DNA of 64,000 nucleotides, taken from Chamaesiphon sp. GTDB taxonomy: Bacteria > Cyanobacteriota > Cyanobacteriia > Cyanobacteriales > Chamaesiphonaceae. Below the pieces are notes generated by a model. The model saw only the letters and a list, made by a program, of their open reading frames with translations. It did no database searches and was not told the DNA's origin. The stretch covers positions 256,001-320,000 of the forward strand of contig CBDFFH010000002.1 of the NCBI GenBank assembly GCA_965246715.1. The letters are read 5' to 3'. The position numbers and the translations under genes are program-made. Of this stretch, positions 9,871 through 21,507 are shown piece by piece (the first letter of the stretch is position 1; each line of letters opens with the position of its first letter).

Positions 9871-12588
9871 ATGACTAGTCTATCTTTTTCAGTAATTATC
9901 CCTACTAGACAAAGACATGATACTCTTAAATGGGCAATTCAGAGTGTTATCAATCAAAATTATCATAATTTTGAAATTGTTATTGCAGATAACCTTAGTA
10001 CTATAGAAACAGCTGAGATTGTTAATTCATTTGTAGACAATCGTATTAAATATTATCGTGCCCCTGTTAGCTTATCTATGGCAGATAATTGGGAATTGGG
10101 CATATCAAAAGCTACTGGAGACTATATTTTTATATTAGGTGATGATGATGCTCTGATGCCAGACGCGTTGGAAATAGCAGTACATCTAATTAATAAATAT
10201 AATTACAAAATAATATCTTGGCTGCGTTTTTTTTACGCCTGGGATAGTAGCATAGTACCTTGGCTTAGAAATAGTCTAGGTATTAACTTACAGCAATTTG
10301 CTGAAATTAGAAACTCACATAAATTTCTTAGAGAATTTTATCAATGCAAAATTGCATATGAGCAATTACCAATGGCGTATAATTCTTTCATTCATAAAGA
10401 TATTATTGCAAAAGTAAAATGTATTTATGGACGATATTTTGACACTCATTGTCCAGATGCTTTTTCTGGTATAGTCAATGCCTATTTTTCTGATACCTAT
10501 TTATACTCTTACCGTGCACTTTCTATCACAGGTACTTCAGGGCATAGTAATGGAGCCGCTCATTTATTTCCAGGCTTAAATAGCGACAAAAAGAGTCAAT
10601 CACAAATCTCTAATGAAGATCGTGATATTCTAGATAATTTTCATGTAGATTTATTGACGGAGGAGTTGATTCAAGTGCCCAGTGCCCCAGAAACAGGAGT
10701 AGCGGATGTCCAGCTAAAAGCTAAGGAAATTTTCTTTCCAAACAATAAAGCTATAGAGTTTAGTATACATAATTATTTAAATTTACTAATCGGTACTATT
10801 AACAGAGATACTATTAGCTATGATAATACTAAAAACTATATTTTAGGATTGAGTTATAAATATAAAATCAAACTAAATAGTCTGCTACAAATACCAACTA
10901 AGATTGAAAATTCAGAACATAAAAATTTTCAAGGTGTAGTAGTAGACAATAATGGTAAAGCTAATCATCTAAGAATTAATTGCGCTCAAGCTGGCATCTT
11001 CAATGTAGCTGATGCCGCTAAATTAGCATTAGCCGTTTTGCCACATTATTCCCAGCTTCAAATTTGTGAGGCTCCAGATCTGCGACTGTCTAACTTAGAC
11101 ACTCAGCCTAAAATTGCGATCGATGGTGTCTTCTTTCAGCTCTATAAAACGGGGATTGCTCGCGTCTGGAAGTCACTCTTAGAAGAGTGGGCGAGTACTG
11201 AATTTGGTAAGCATCTAATCGTACTCGATCGAGTCGGTACTGCACCTAAAATAGAGGGGGTTAGCTATTATCAGATTCCGGCTTATGATTATAATAATAC
11301 TGATGCCGATCGCGAGATGCTGCAGCAGGTGTGCGATGAGTTAGGAGTAGAATTATTTATCTCCACTTATTACACTACGCCACTAACAACACCTTCTGTC
11401 TTTATGGGATATGATATGATTCCTGAAGTTATAGGTGCCGATCTAAACCAACCGATGTGGCATGAAAAACAGCGGGGAATCGCTCATGCTTCGTCATTCT
11501 TAACTATTTCCGAACATACTGCCAGAGATTTAGTTAAATATTATCCAGTAATAGATCCATCAACTGTTACTCCCGCTCTTTGTGGTGTTCGTTCTCTATT
11601 TAAATCCGCTCGATCGACTGAAATTGAGTCGTTCCGAACTCAGTATAAGATTACGAAACCTTACTTCTTGTTAGTAGGTGCTGGTGGTGGTTATAAAAAT
11701 ACAATTCTGTTCTGGCAAGGATTTGCTAAGTTAGCAAATAATAGCGATTTTGATATTGTTTGTACTGGCGTAGCCGGAATAAGTGCTGAGGAATATTCTA
11801 CTTATGCTCCAGGTAGTCAAGTCCACTGTTTACAACTAGACGATCTGACTTTAAATCTTGCCTATGCAGCAGCAACTGCACTGATTTATCCTTCTAAATA
11901 TGAAGGCTTTGGATTGCCTGTTGTTGAAGCGATGGCTTCTGGTTGTCCGGTGATTACCTGTCATAATGCCTCGATCCCAGAAGTTGCTGGTACCGCAGCA
12001 ATTTATATCGATGATGCTAGTATTGAGGAAATGACTCAAGCATTAGTCTCGGTGCAACAAGCTGAAGTTCGAGATCCATTAATTGCTGCTGGATTAATTC
12101 AATCTCAGAAATTCTCATGGGCGAAGATGGCAAGAATTGTCGAGTCAGTTCTGACGGAGCAAACCTTAGCTCATCTAGAATTAAACGAGCAAAACTTAAT
12201 CATTTCGCCTGATTGGTCGGCAGATGAAGAATTATTAGGCGAGGAATTAGGCAAGATCTTCTACCAACTAGCACAACATCCTGATGCAGGTCAAATATCT
12301 TTAATAGTTGAGACGGGTAGTTTGACAGATATCGAAATTGCCAACAATCTCATCTCTGCTGTAATAATGAATTTAATGTTGACTGAGGAGTTAGATGTTA
12401 CTGAGTTTATTGCAATATCTCTTACTGGCAAATTAGCACCCATCCAATGGTCGATGTTGTTACCTAAATTACATGGGAAGATTAAGTTAGAATTAGAGCA
12501 TCTTCATGTAATCGAGCTATCTGATTTGCCTAATGTAAAACTAAATGGCAACAATATAGGTAGTTGCGCACAAATGTCTATAGCTTAG
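9871..12588 (+). CDS. Bifunctional glycosyltransferase GT2 + GT4 with C-terminal extension
   Basis: FSVIIPT, LGDDD (GT2); YPSKYEGFGLPVVEAMASGCPVI (GT4). Confidence 0.88.
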   Translation: MTSLSFSVIIPTRQRHDTLKWAIQSVINQNYHNFEIVIADNLSTIETAEIVNSFVDNRIKYYRAPVSLSMADNWELGISKATGDYIFILGDDDALMPDALEIAVHLINKYNYKIISWLRFFYAWDSSIVPWLRNSLGINLQQFAEIRNSHKFLREFYQCKIAYEQLPMAYNSFIHKDIIAKVKCIYGRYFDTHCPDAFSGIVNAYFSDTYLYSYRALSITGTSGHSNGAAHLFPGLNSDKKSQSQISNEDRDILDNFHVDLLTEELIQVPSAPETGVADVQLKAKEIFFPNNKAIEFSIHNYLNLLIGTINRDTISYDNTKNYILGLSYKYKIKLNSLLQIPTKIENSEHKNFQGVVVDNNGKANHLRINCAQAGIFNVADAAKLALAVLPHYSQLQICEAPDLRLSNLDTQPKIAIDGVFFQLYKTGIARVWKSLLEEWASTEFGKHLIVLDRVGTAPKIEGVSYYQIPAYDYNNTDADREMLQQVCDELGVELFISTYYTTPLTTPSVFMGYDMIPEVIGADLNQPMWHEKQRGIAHASSFLTISEHTARDLVKYYPVIDPSTVTPALCGVRSLFKSARSTEIESFRTQYKITKPYFLLVGAGGGYKNTILFWQGFAKLANNSDFDIVCTGVAGISAEEYSTYAPGSQVHCLQLDDLTLNLAYAAATALIYPSKYEGFGLPVVEAMASGCPVITCHNASIPEVAGTAAIYIDDASIEEMTQALVSVQQAEVRDPLIAAGLIQSQKFSWAKMARIVESVLTEQTLAHLELNEQNLIISPDWSADEELLGEELGKIFYQLAQHPDAGQISLIVETGSLTDIEIANNLISAVIMNLMLTEELDVTEFIAISLTGKLAPIQWSMLLPKLHGKIKLELEHLHVIELSDLPNVKLNGNNIGSCAQMSIA

Positions 12589-12597
12589 TAATCGGTT

Positions 12598-12635
12598 TAA
12601 ACCCTGATGGTTGGTAGTGCCAAGCATCAGGGTTT
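12598..12635 (+). terminator. Intrinsic terminator-like hairpin
   Basis: AAACCCTGATG...CATCAGGGTTT just after the GT stop codon. Confidence 0.6.
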
Positions 12636-12684
12636 TCGGCGATCGCAAGTCGGAGCTAATTTATCCTAGAATTAAGCTCGATCG

Positions 12685-13887
12685 ATGGGTACGAGCGAAA
12701 TGTTAAACTACTTTAAGTTTTTGGGTAGTAAATTTTCTATGGTGATTCGCCTCTTGCAACTAAGCAAACAAGCTGGATGGTTTTCGCTGTTGGTGTGGCT
12801 GTTGCTAAGCACTCCCGCCCAAGCTTATCAACTGCGTGTTGCTGTAGCGAAAAAAATTCCCCAAATCCAGCTCGCTAGTTCGACGCTAGCGACGATTAGC
12901 GATGGTGCCGGACGCAAGATTGGCGAACTGTTGCCGCTAAAAGGTGCGATCGCCAAAGCCGAGAATAATGAGATAAAATTTGGCGATGTGCGTATTGCCG
13001 AACTCTGGATAACGCCGCAATCGGGTGGCTATGTGTGGATTGGCGATCGATGGTATCGTGGTGCGGTGCAGGTGATTCCTGATGGTAAACAGTTGGTAGC
13101 GATCGATCGAGTCGATCTCGAACAGTACTTGTATAGTGTCTTGGGTGCCGAAATGAGTAAGGACTTTCCGGCGGAGGCGCTCAAGGCACAAGCCGTTGCC
13201 GCCCGTACCTATGCACTCTATCGCAGCCGAGCTGCTAGCAAAAAGATCTTCGATGTCGATTCGACTCAAGATAGCCAGGTATATCGCGGTTTGTCTAGCG
13301 AAGCAAGTACTACACAGGCGGCTGTAGATGCCACCAGCGGCCAAATAATGACCTACCAGGGCAAACCGATCTTGGCGGTCTTTCATTCGGCTTCTGGCGG
13401 CCATACAGAGAACGTTGAAGATATTTGGAGCGATCGCGTACCGTATTTACGAGGGGTGCCAGATTACGATCTCGGTACGCCAGGATATGAGTGGAGTAAA
13501 ATCTTTAGTACCAGTCAATTGAGTCAAATGTTGAAGGTCGATCGAATCCAAACGATTGCTGCCGATCGATTGACTCAATTTGGGAGTGTTGTCAGCCTGA
13601 AAGTTGTTGGCGACAAGGAAAAAACTTTAACTGGCAGTCAGATCCGCACTACGCTCAAGCTGCGAAGTTTGCGCTTTACGATTAGTCCCACCCCTGATGG
13701 GTATGTCTTCAACGGTCGTGGCTACGGACACGCGCTAGGAATGAGTCAGTGGGGCGCTTATAGTATGGCGCAGCAGGGGATGACCTACGCGACGATTTTA
13801 GCTCACTACTATAGTGGTGTCGAGTTCGGGAAGTTGGCAGAGCGGGGCGTGGGAACTAGTACCACCGTAACTCGTCTTTTAGATTAA
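12685..13887 (+). CDS. SpoIID/LytB domain protein
   Basis: LEQYLYSVLGAEM, EALKAQAVAARTYA, QVYRG, GYGHALGMSQWGA; start uncertain. Confidence 0.9.
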   Translation: MGTSEMLNYFKFLGSKFSMVIRLLQLSKQAGWFSLLVWLLLSTPAQAYQLRVAVAKKIPQIQLASSTLATISDGAGRKIGELLPLKGAIAKAENNEIKFGDVRIAELWITPQSGGYVWIGDRWYRGAVQVIPDGKQLVAIDRVDLEQYLYSVLGAEMSKDFPAEALKAQAVAARTYALYRSRAASKKIFDVDSTQDSQVYRGLSSEASTTQAAVDATSGQIMTYQGKPILAVFHSASGGHTENVEDIWSDRVPYLRGVPDYDLGTPGYEWSKIFSTSQLSQMLKVDRIQTIAADRLTQFGSVVSLKVVGDKEKTLTGSQIRTTLKLRSLRFTISPTPDGYVFNGRGYGHALGMSQWGAYSMAQQGMTYATILAHYYSGVEFGKLAERGVGTSTTVTRLLD

Positions 13888-13942
13888 CAAACAGCGCCAA
13901 ATTTCTCGGCACAAACGATCTCGATGAGCTAGTAGATCGCCC

Positions 13943-14087
13943 AAGTTGCTACGTATAAGCAAAGCGGTTAGAAACCGCTCCTCGGAATGCAAAGTCCGCC
14001 TTCGCGGACTAACTATCTAGTCCGCGAAGGCGGACTTTGCATCATTAGCCACGATTTCAATCGTAGGCATTCTACAGGTAGCAACTT
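13943..14087. repeat. MITE/REPIN-like element with paired AGTCCGCCTTCGCGGACT palindromes
   Basis: Terminal inverted repeat AAGTTGCTAC...GTAGCAACTT; internal GCAAAGTCCGCCTTCGCGGACTA...TAGTCCGCGAAGGCGGACTTTGC also present near 47853-47902. Confidence 0.7.
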
Positions 14088-14266
14088 AGGTTAGGTAGTT
14101 ACGCACTGACTCGCGATCGTCAGTAGTTTCGTGTTATGAATATAAGGAATTCGGATCGATAAATAAATTTTTTGAACTCGCGGCGAACGGCTTGCTCTCT
14201 AAACTTCCCGATCGAGTATCTTAGCTTTTTATATACTCTATTCTTTATCCCCTATTCCGAGGCTTT

Positions 14267-15859
14267 ATGCGTGCACTGCTCGTCTATCCACAATTTCCCA
14301 AGACGTTCTGGTCTTATGAAAAGATTCTCGAATTAGTCGATCGCAAAGTCGTCCTACCACCATTAGGATTGATTACGGTTGCGGCAATCTTGCCCCAGGA
14401 ATGGGAATTTAAGGTGGTCGATCGCAATGTCCGCTCGGTAACTGAGGAAGAATGGGCATGGGCTGATATTACGATTATGTCGGCGATGATCGTCCAAAAA
14501 CAGGATCTCGCCGATCAGATTCAGCTCGCCAAACAACACGGTAAACTAGTTGCCGTCGGCGGCCCATATCCGACCTCGGTACCGCACGAATCACTAGCTG
14601 CTGGAGCGGATTTCCTGATTCTCGATGAAGGCGAAATCACCCTGCCGATGTTTGTTGAGGCGATCGCCAGAGGCGACACTAGTGGTACCTTCCGCGCCAA
14701 TGAAGGCGAAAAACCCGACGTTACTACCACCCCCATCCCCCGCTACGACTTACTCGAACTCGATGCTTACGATTCGATGTCCGTGCAATTTTCACGCGGC
14801 TGTCCGTTTCAGTGCGAGTTTTGCGATATTATCGTCCTTTACGGACGCAAACCGCGCACCAAAAATCCATCTCAAATTCTCGCCGAACTCGATCGGCTAT
14901 ACGAGTTAGGCTGGCGCAGAACTGTATTCATGGTGGACGATAACTTCATTGGAAATAAGCGGAATGTGAAGTTGTTGCTCCAAGAACTCAAGATTTGGCA
15001 AAAAGAACACGGCTATCCCTTCCGCTTGGATACCGAAGCCTCAGTAGATTTAGCTCAGGATGACGAGTTGCTAGAACTGATGGTCGATTGTAACTTTGCG
15101 GCGGTCTTCATCGGGATCGAAACTCCAGATGAAGCCAGTCTGGCAATGACTAAGAAATTTCAAAATACGCGCGGTTCGCTTGCAGATTCGCTCGATAAGA
15201 TTACCAAAGCTGGGCTGCGGCCGATGGCTGGGTTTATTATCGGTTTTGATGGCGAACAAAAAGGTGCTGGCGATCGCATCGTCCAATTTGTCGAAGCTGC
15301 GGCCATTCCCACGACGACATTTGCGATGTTGCAAGCATTGCCCAATACCGCGCTGTGGCATCGGTTGGAGAAAGAAGGCAGAATGCGCAGCGGCGATGGC
15401 AACATCAACCAAACCACGCTGATGAATTTCGAGCCGACGCGCCCGATTGCTGAAATTGCGCGGGAATATATCGATGCATTTTGGCGAATTTACGATCGCA
15501 AGAGTTTCCTCGATCGCACCTATCGCTGTTTTATGAACCTCGGTGCACCACGCGCTACTGCCGAGTTTAAATTCCCCGATCTCGTCACATTACGAGCATT
15601 TGCAATTATTATCTGGCGACAAGGCTTCTTCTACGAAACCCGCTGGATGTTCTGGCATCACCTATTTAGCATCTTGCGCCACAATCCAGCTGTCTTCGAC
15701 CATTACATGGCCGTCTGCGCGCAAAACGAACATTTTAATGAGTATCGCGAGATCGTCCGCGACGAAATCGAAGCTCAACTAGCCGAAGTTTTAGCTCACA
15801 GTCAACAGGAAGCCGCAGCGATGCCACTTCCGGCTGAGTCTGTAGCTGTCCCGAACTAA
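14267..15859 (+). CDS. B12-binding radical SAM protein (DUF4070 type)
   Basis: PPLGLITVAA, SRGCPFQCEFC (CxxxCxxC), VDDNFIGN, GFIIGFD. Confidence 0.9.
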   Translation: MRALLVYPQFPKTFWSYEKILELVDRKVVLPPLGLITVAAILPQEWEFKVVDRNVRSVTEEEWAWADITIMSAMIVQKQDLADQIQLAKQHGKLVAVGGPYPTSVPHESLAAGADFLILDEGEITLPMFVEAIARGDTSGTFRANEGEKPDVTTTPIPRYDLLELDAYDSMSVQFSRGCPFQCEFCDIIVLYGRKPRTKNPSQILAELDRLYELGWRRTVFMVDDNFIGNKRNVKLLLQELKIWQKEHGYPFRLDTEASVDLAQDDELLELMVDCNFAAVFIGIETPDEASLAMTKKFQNTRGSLADSLDKITKAGLRPMAGFIIGFDGEQKGAGDRIVQFVEAAAIPTTTFAMLQALPNTALWHRLEKEGRMRSGDGNINQTTLMNFEPTRPIAEIAREYIDAFWRIYDRKSFLDRTYRCFMNLGAPRATAEFKFPDLVTLRAFAIIIWRQGFFYETRWMFWHHLFSILRHNPAVFDHYMAVCAQNEHFNEYREIVRDEIEAQLAEVLAHSQQEAAAMPLPAESVAVPN

Positions 15860-16281
15860 AACTCGATCGCATCCAAAAAGAGTGCTGCTAAACTAATTTA
15901 GCAGCACTCTTTTTGATAAGGGCAGGATAAATATTTGTAATTTAGTATTAAGCTGAAACCTAGATGGTGGGCAGTGCCCACCCTACGCACTCTACATGGC
16001 CGTCTGCGCGCAAAACGAACATTTCAATGAGTATCGCGAGATCGTCCGCGATGAAATCGAAGCTCAACTAGCCGAAGTTTTAGCCCACAGTCAACAGCAA
16101 GCCGTCGCAATACCAACTCCTGCTGAGTCTGTAGCCGTCCCGAACTAAAGCTCGATCTCATCCAAAAAGAGTGTTGCTAAATTAGTTTAGCAGCACTCTT
16201 TTTGATAAGGGCAGGATAAATATTTGTAATTTAGTATTAAGCTGAAACCTAGATGGTGGGCAGTGCCCACCCTACGCACTC
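15704..16281 (+). repeat. 289-bp tandem duplication (radical SAM 3' end + terminator + REP)
   Basis: 15704-15992 and 15993-16281 are near-identical (TACATGGCCGTCTGCGCG...CCCTACGCACTC). Confidence 0.95.
15876..15914 (+). terminator. Intrinsic terminator of the radical SAM gene (second copy near 16165-16203)
   Basis: AAAAAGAGTGCTGCTAAA-ctaa-TTTAGCAGCACTCTTTTT. Confidence 0.8.
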
Positions 16282-16387
16282 CTGGCTTCCTACTGCCCCC
16301 AACAGATCGACACCAACCCACAGATCGATTCCCATTGCAGAGCTAATGCGAAGCGCGTCAAGCTACCCACAAACCAACCCTTGTGCA

Positions 16388-16507
16388 GGGGAGTTTGAGG
16401 GGCGGCACCCCGCTCCTCAACGGGGGGTCTGGGGGTCGGAACCCCCAGATTCGGGTTTTTGCTTCTCACAATAACAAACGATCGACTCTTATTCCCGAAC
16501 TGAGTTA
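16388..16507. repeat. Cyanobacterial G-rich hairpin repeat plus a solitary MITE end
   Basis: TTGAGGGGCGG..CCGCTCCTCAA and CTGGGGGT..ACCCCCAG hairpins; CTTATTCCCGAACTGAGTTA (16488-16507) matches the TIR of the elements at 28800 and 47800. Confidence 0.55.
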
Positions 16508-16508
16508 A

Positions 16509-17120
16509 CTACTGAACCAACGCCAACGGTGGATTAGCAGCACTCACACGCCGATCGATCACAGTATCGATTAAGCCATAATCCTTAGCTTCCTCAGCAG
16601 ACATGTAAAAATCGCGATCGGTATCCTCTTGGATCTTCGCTAAGGGTTGCCCCGTATGCTGTGCGAGCAGATCGTTGAGTTTCCCCTTAATGTAAAGAAT
16701 TTCCTTAGCTTGGATCGCGATGTCTGTCGCTTGTCCTTGCGCGCCACCCAGAGGTTGGTGGATCATGATCCGCGAACTGGGTAGACTCATCCGCTTCCCT
16801 TTAGCACCCGCACTGAGTAAAAACGCACCCATACTTGCAGCAAAGCCCATACACACAGTGCAGACATCAGGACGAATCTGATTCATCGTGTCAAAAATCC
16901 CCATCCCCGCTGAAACCGAGCCACCAGGAGAATTGATATACACATAGATATCTTTTTCTGGATCTTCAGCTTCCAAGAAAAGTAATTGAGCCACAATCAA
17001 ATTAGCTAAATCTGAATCTACCTGAGAACCCAAGAAAATAATGCGATCGCGCAATAGCCGCGAATAAATGTCAAAGGCGCGTTCGCCTCTACCAGATTGT
17101 TCGATTACGGTAGGTATCAT
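16509..17120 (-). CDS. clpP: ATP-dependent Clp protease proteolytic subunit
   Basis: [39 protein letters not shown]. Confidence 0.97.
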   Translation of the reverse strand: MIPTVIEQSGRGERAFDIYSRLLRDRIIFLGSQVDSDLANLIVAQLLFLEAEDPEKDIYVYINSPGGSVSAGMGIFDTMNQIRPDVCTVCMGFAASMGAFLLSAGAKGKRMSLPSSRIMIHQPLGGAQGQATDIAIQAKEILYIKGKLNDLLAQHTGQPLAKIQEDTDRDFYMSAEEAKDYGLIDTVIDRRVSAANPPLALVQ

Positions 17121-17374
17121 AGCTATGCCAATATATATCGATTCTTCTTATTATCACTCAATCTAGGGGGCATCGGTCTAGGGGTTTCCGTACTCGAAGT
17201 GCTAGGCAGGATGGCTATCGCTAAAATGGTTGAGTTACAACACAGCTTCAGACAAGTACCAGGCGATCGCTTGACATTTGCCCAAAAACACCTCTCAAAC
17301 AAATTTAACGGAATATCCGTTTGAAGTGTAAGATGGAAAAGCCATTTTCGTAATCGATCGTCACTCTGTAGGCT

Positions 17375-18211
17375 ATGAATTTTGACCCTTCATCTACTTT
17401 GCCCAACCTGAATACTCAAGAGGAACCAGATTTCTCAGTTAGTCCAGCGGCACAACCCAAATTACAAATTCGACTCAAGAACGAAGATGGAGTGGTGAAA
17501 TTGATTTTGCCTACAGAAGCAGAAACACCAAAGTCTGCTAGTTGGAACGATCTGTGGGAACAACTTCAGCAAAGACTTCAAGGTGGTAAGCGATTTTGGC
17601 AACCCTTGGCAGCGGTGCATTTGATCGCCCAAGATCGGTTATTGGATGCCCGTCAATTGCAATCGATTGCCGAGGCGCTCGGCGATGTGTCGTTACAACT
17701 GCAACTAGTCGAGACCAGCCGCCGCCAAACGGCTGTAGCTGCGGCCACCGCAGGTTATTCGATTACTCAGCCATCGACGATCGCGCCCTTAACACCACCC
17801 CAAGTCGAGTCGCAGACGACCATCCTCGCCGAACCGATGTACCTCCAAATTACGGTGCGCTCGGGGATGGACATCCGGCATGAAGGTTCCATCATCATTA
17901 TGGGCGATGTCAATCCTGGTGGCGAGATTTATGCAGCAGGGGATATCATTGTCTGGGGCAGATTGCGCGGCATCGCTCATGCTGGCTATCCCAACAACCC
18001 TCAATGTCTGATTATGGCATTACAAATGGAACCAACCCAACTGCGAATCGCCGATCGAGTGGCCCGGTCGCCGGAAACCCCACCGCCCCAATTCGAGCCA
18101 GAGATTGCCTATATTACGCCCCAAGGAATTCGGATCGCCCGGGCGATCGATCTCAAAACTACACCGTATTTGCGCGAATTAGCACTTCCAGGTTCTCAGC
18201 GATCTGACTGA
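17375..18211 (+). CDS. minC: Septum site-determining protein MinC
   Basis: TVRSG, GDVNPGGEI, WGRLRGIAHAG, PTQLRIA; upstream of minD. Confidence 0.95.
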   Translation: MNFDPSSTLPNLNTQEEPDFSVSPAAQPKLQIRLKNEDGVVKLILPTEAETPKSASWNDLWEQLQQRLQGGKRFWQPLAAVHLIAQDRLLDARQLQSIAEALGDVSLQLQLVETSRRQTAVAAATAGYSITQPSTIAPLTPPQVESQTTILAEPMYLQITVRSGMDIRHEGSIIIMGDVNPGGEIYAAGDIIVWGRLRGIAHAGYPNNPQCLIMALQMEPTQLRIADRVARSPETPPPQFEPEIAYITPQGIRIARAIDLKTTPYLRELALPGSQRSD

Positions 18212-18388
18212 ATTTTTGGTTGGCGATAATATGTAATTATGACCGAATCAGGTGATTTTAATAATTTTATCAGTGCTGTAGTAAATATGTATTTAACGAT
18301 TAGCATTATCCGCATAGATCGATCGAGGGGAATTTATCCGAGTGGAAAAACCCCTTAATTCAATTCATAATTTATCATTCATAATTTA

Positions 18389-19189
18389 ATGAGTCGCATT
18401 ATCGTAATTACTTCCGGTAAGGGTGGAGTGGGTAAAACCACTGTAACTGCCAACCTGGGGATGACCCTTGCCAAGATGGGCTATAAAGTTGCCCTGGTAG
18501 ACGGAGATTTTGGACTCCGAAATCTCGATCTGTTGTTGGGCTTAGAAAATCGCGTTGTCTATACTGCGGTCGAAGTCCTCGCGGGTGAATGCCGTCTCGA
18601 CCAAGCATTAGTGCGCGACAAACGCCAACCCGGACTCGTATTACTCCCCGCTACCCAAAATCGCAAGGCGGAGATGATCACCCCCAACCACATGAAATGG
18701 ATGATCGGCGAACTCGCGCCGCAGTTTGATTTCGTGTTGATCGATAGTCCTGCGGGGATTGAAATGGGCTTCAAAAATGCGATCGCTGCTGCCCAAGAAG
18801 CCCTAATCGTCACGACTCCAGAGATTTCTGCCGTCCGCGATGCCGACCGGGTCATTGGCTTACTCGAAGCGAGTAATATTACTCCAGCCAGACTGATTGT
18901 CAATCGATTACGTCCTTCGATGGTCGAAGCCAGCGAGATGATGTCTGTCGAAGATGTCAGTGAAATACTCGCGGTACAGTTGATCGGTGTCGTTCCTGAA
19001 GACGAGCGCGTAATCACTTCTACCAATCGTGGCGAACCGCTGGTACTCGAGGCTAACTCTACTTCTCGTGCCGCCCAAGCCTTCGACAACATCGCCCATC
19101 GCCTCTGCGGCGAGAAAACTCCCTATTTAGAACTTTCTACGGATCGTGATAATTTATTGACACGAATACGTAAGATCTTTGCTAAGTAG
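18389..19189 (+). CDS. minD: Septum site-determining ATPase MinD
   Basis: SGKGGVGKTT, DFGLRNLDL, DSPAGIE, VRDADR. Confidence 0.97.
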   Translation: MSRIIVITSGKGGVGKTTVTANLGMTLAKMGYKVALVDGDFGLRNLDLLLGLENRVVYTAVEVLAGECRLDQALVRDKRQPGLVLLPATQNRKAEMITPNHMKWMIGELAPQFDFVLIDSPAGIEMGFKNAIAAAQEALIVTTPEISAVRDADRVIGLLEASNITPARLIVNRLRPSMVEASEMMSVEDVSEILAVQLIGVVPEDERVITSTNRGEPLVLEANSTSRAAQAFDNIAHRLCGEKTPYLELSTDRDNLLTRIRKIFAK

Positions 19190-19207
19190 TAATATATATA
19201 ACTAAAA

Positions 19208-19244
19208 GGCAGTTACAGCCTACTGTTAGTTAGTTGTAACTGCC
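19208..19244 (+). terminator. Hairpin between minD and minE
   Basis: GGCAGTTACAGC...GTTGTAACTGCC. Confidence 0.45.
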
Positions 19245-19428
19245 CAATAAATTCATTAAGCTGTTCGGTAGCAGGAGATCGTAGTATCATTTACGATCTA
19301 GCTGAGTTAATGACAACTAAAAATTTGACTGCTAGATTGTCAAGTATGTCAGCGATCGTTGTCACTAGTCCCCTCCCCGCACCAACTTAATTATTCAGGT
19401 GCTAATCCTTTCTATCGATCGCATTACT

Positions 19429-19746
19429 ATGATTATGATTAACGAATTTCTGGAAATGTTATTCCCCCGCGCCACTGAGCCGAGTAGGGAACATGTGAAG
19501 CGACGATTGCAATTAGTCATCGCTCACGATCGTACCGATCTTAGCCCCCAGATGGTGGATATGATGCGCCAAGAAATTCTCGAAGTTGTATCGCGGTATG
19601 TTGAAATCGATTCTCAAGGCTTGGACTTCTCTTTAGAAAGCAATCAAAGAGTCACTGCACTCATCGCCAATCTCCCCATCCGGCGCGTCAAAGATGATGG
19701 CGAAGTATCGCCGCTGGGATGGGCTGGCGACGATCCCGCGAGTTAG
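19429..19746 (+). CDS. minE: Cell division topological specificity factor MinE
   Basis: [36 protein letters not shown]. Confidence 0.95.
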   Translation: MIMINEFLEMLFPRATEPSREHVKRRLQLVIAHDRTDLSPQMVDMMRQEILEVVSRYVEIDSQGLDFSLESNQRVTALIANLPIRRVKDDGEVSPLGWAGDDPAS

Positions 19747-19766
19747 AAATAGTGACTAGTGGCTAG

Positions 19767-20948
<1,182 letters not shown>

Positions 20949-21507
20949 TCTGTTCGATGCGAACTTTTGCCGTTACCATCTACTCGCTGCCCAGCGAATG
21001 TGCTGAAATTTATATTGGATCTTTGGCAAATTTAACGCGATTCGGAGCTGATATTATTAATTCAAAGAGCGAATGTTCCGCACGATCGCGACCGCGTCCG
21101 TGCGGGACACCGATACGATTGCGACTCGATCGGTAGTGAATGTGATGAAATTTACGTCTTGTTTTATTGCCACAATTATCTACTTCTAATAGAAATACAA
21201 GCCATTTGGCTGATTACTATATAAATTATACTCTATGTAGTATTACCTGCTGTACGAGCAATCGACTTCGCTCAAAGTTGCGATCGACTAAAGTCTAGAG
21301 CTAAAGCCGATTTCAGATTAAATATCTGAAGTTTGTAGTGGGGTTGTCGATCGATTTGAATATTATTGTCGATCGGCTGCAAATTATCAACCTCGAACCA
21401 AGCACTTGGTAAGTAAATGGTAATTTTACGCTCGTCCCTAAATTCAGTAATGTCCAAAAAAATCCTCCTGATGAAAGGAGGATCGATCTTAGATATATTA
21501 AGTCAAA

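Noticed and set aside
16253..16474. 73-aa ORF starting MVGSAHPT
   Set aside because: Translation of REP and hairpin repeats, not a credible gene.
20949..21507. psbK or another small gene after tgt
   Set aside because: No PsbK-like translation found; the 61-aa minus-strand ORF has no recognisable features.
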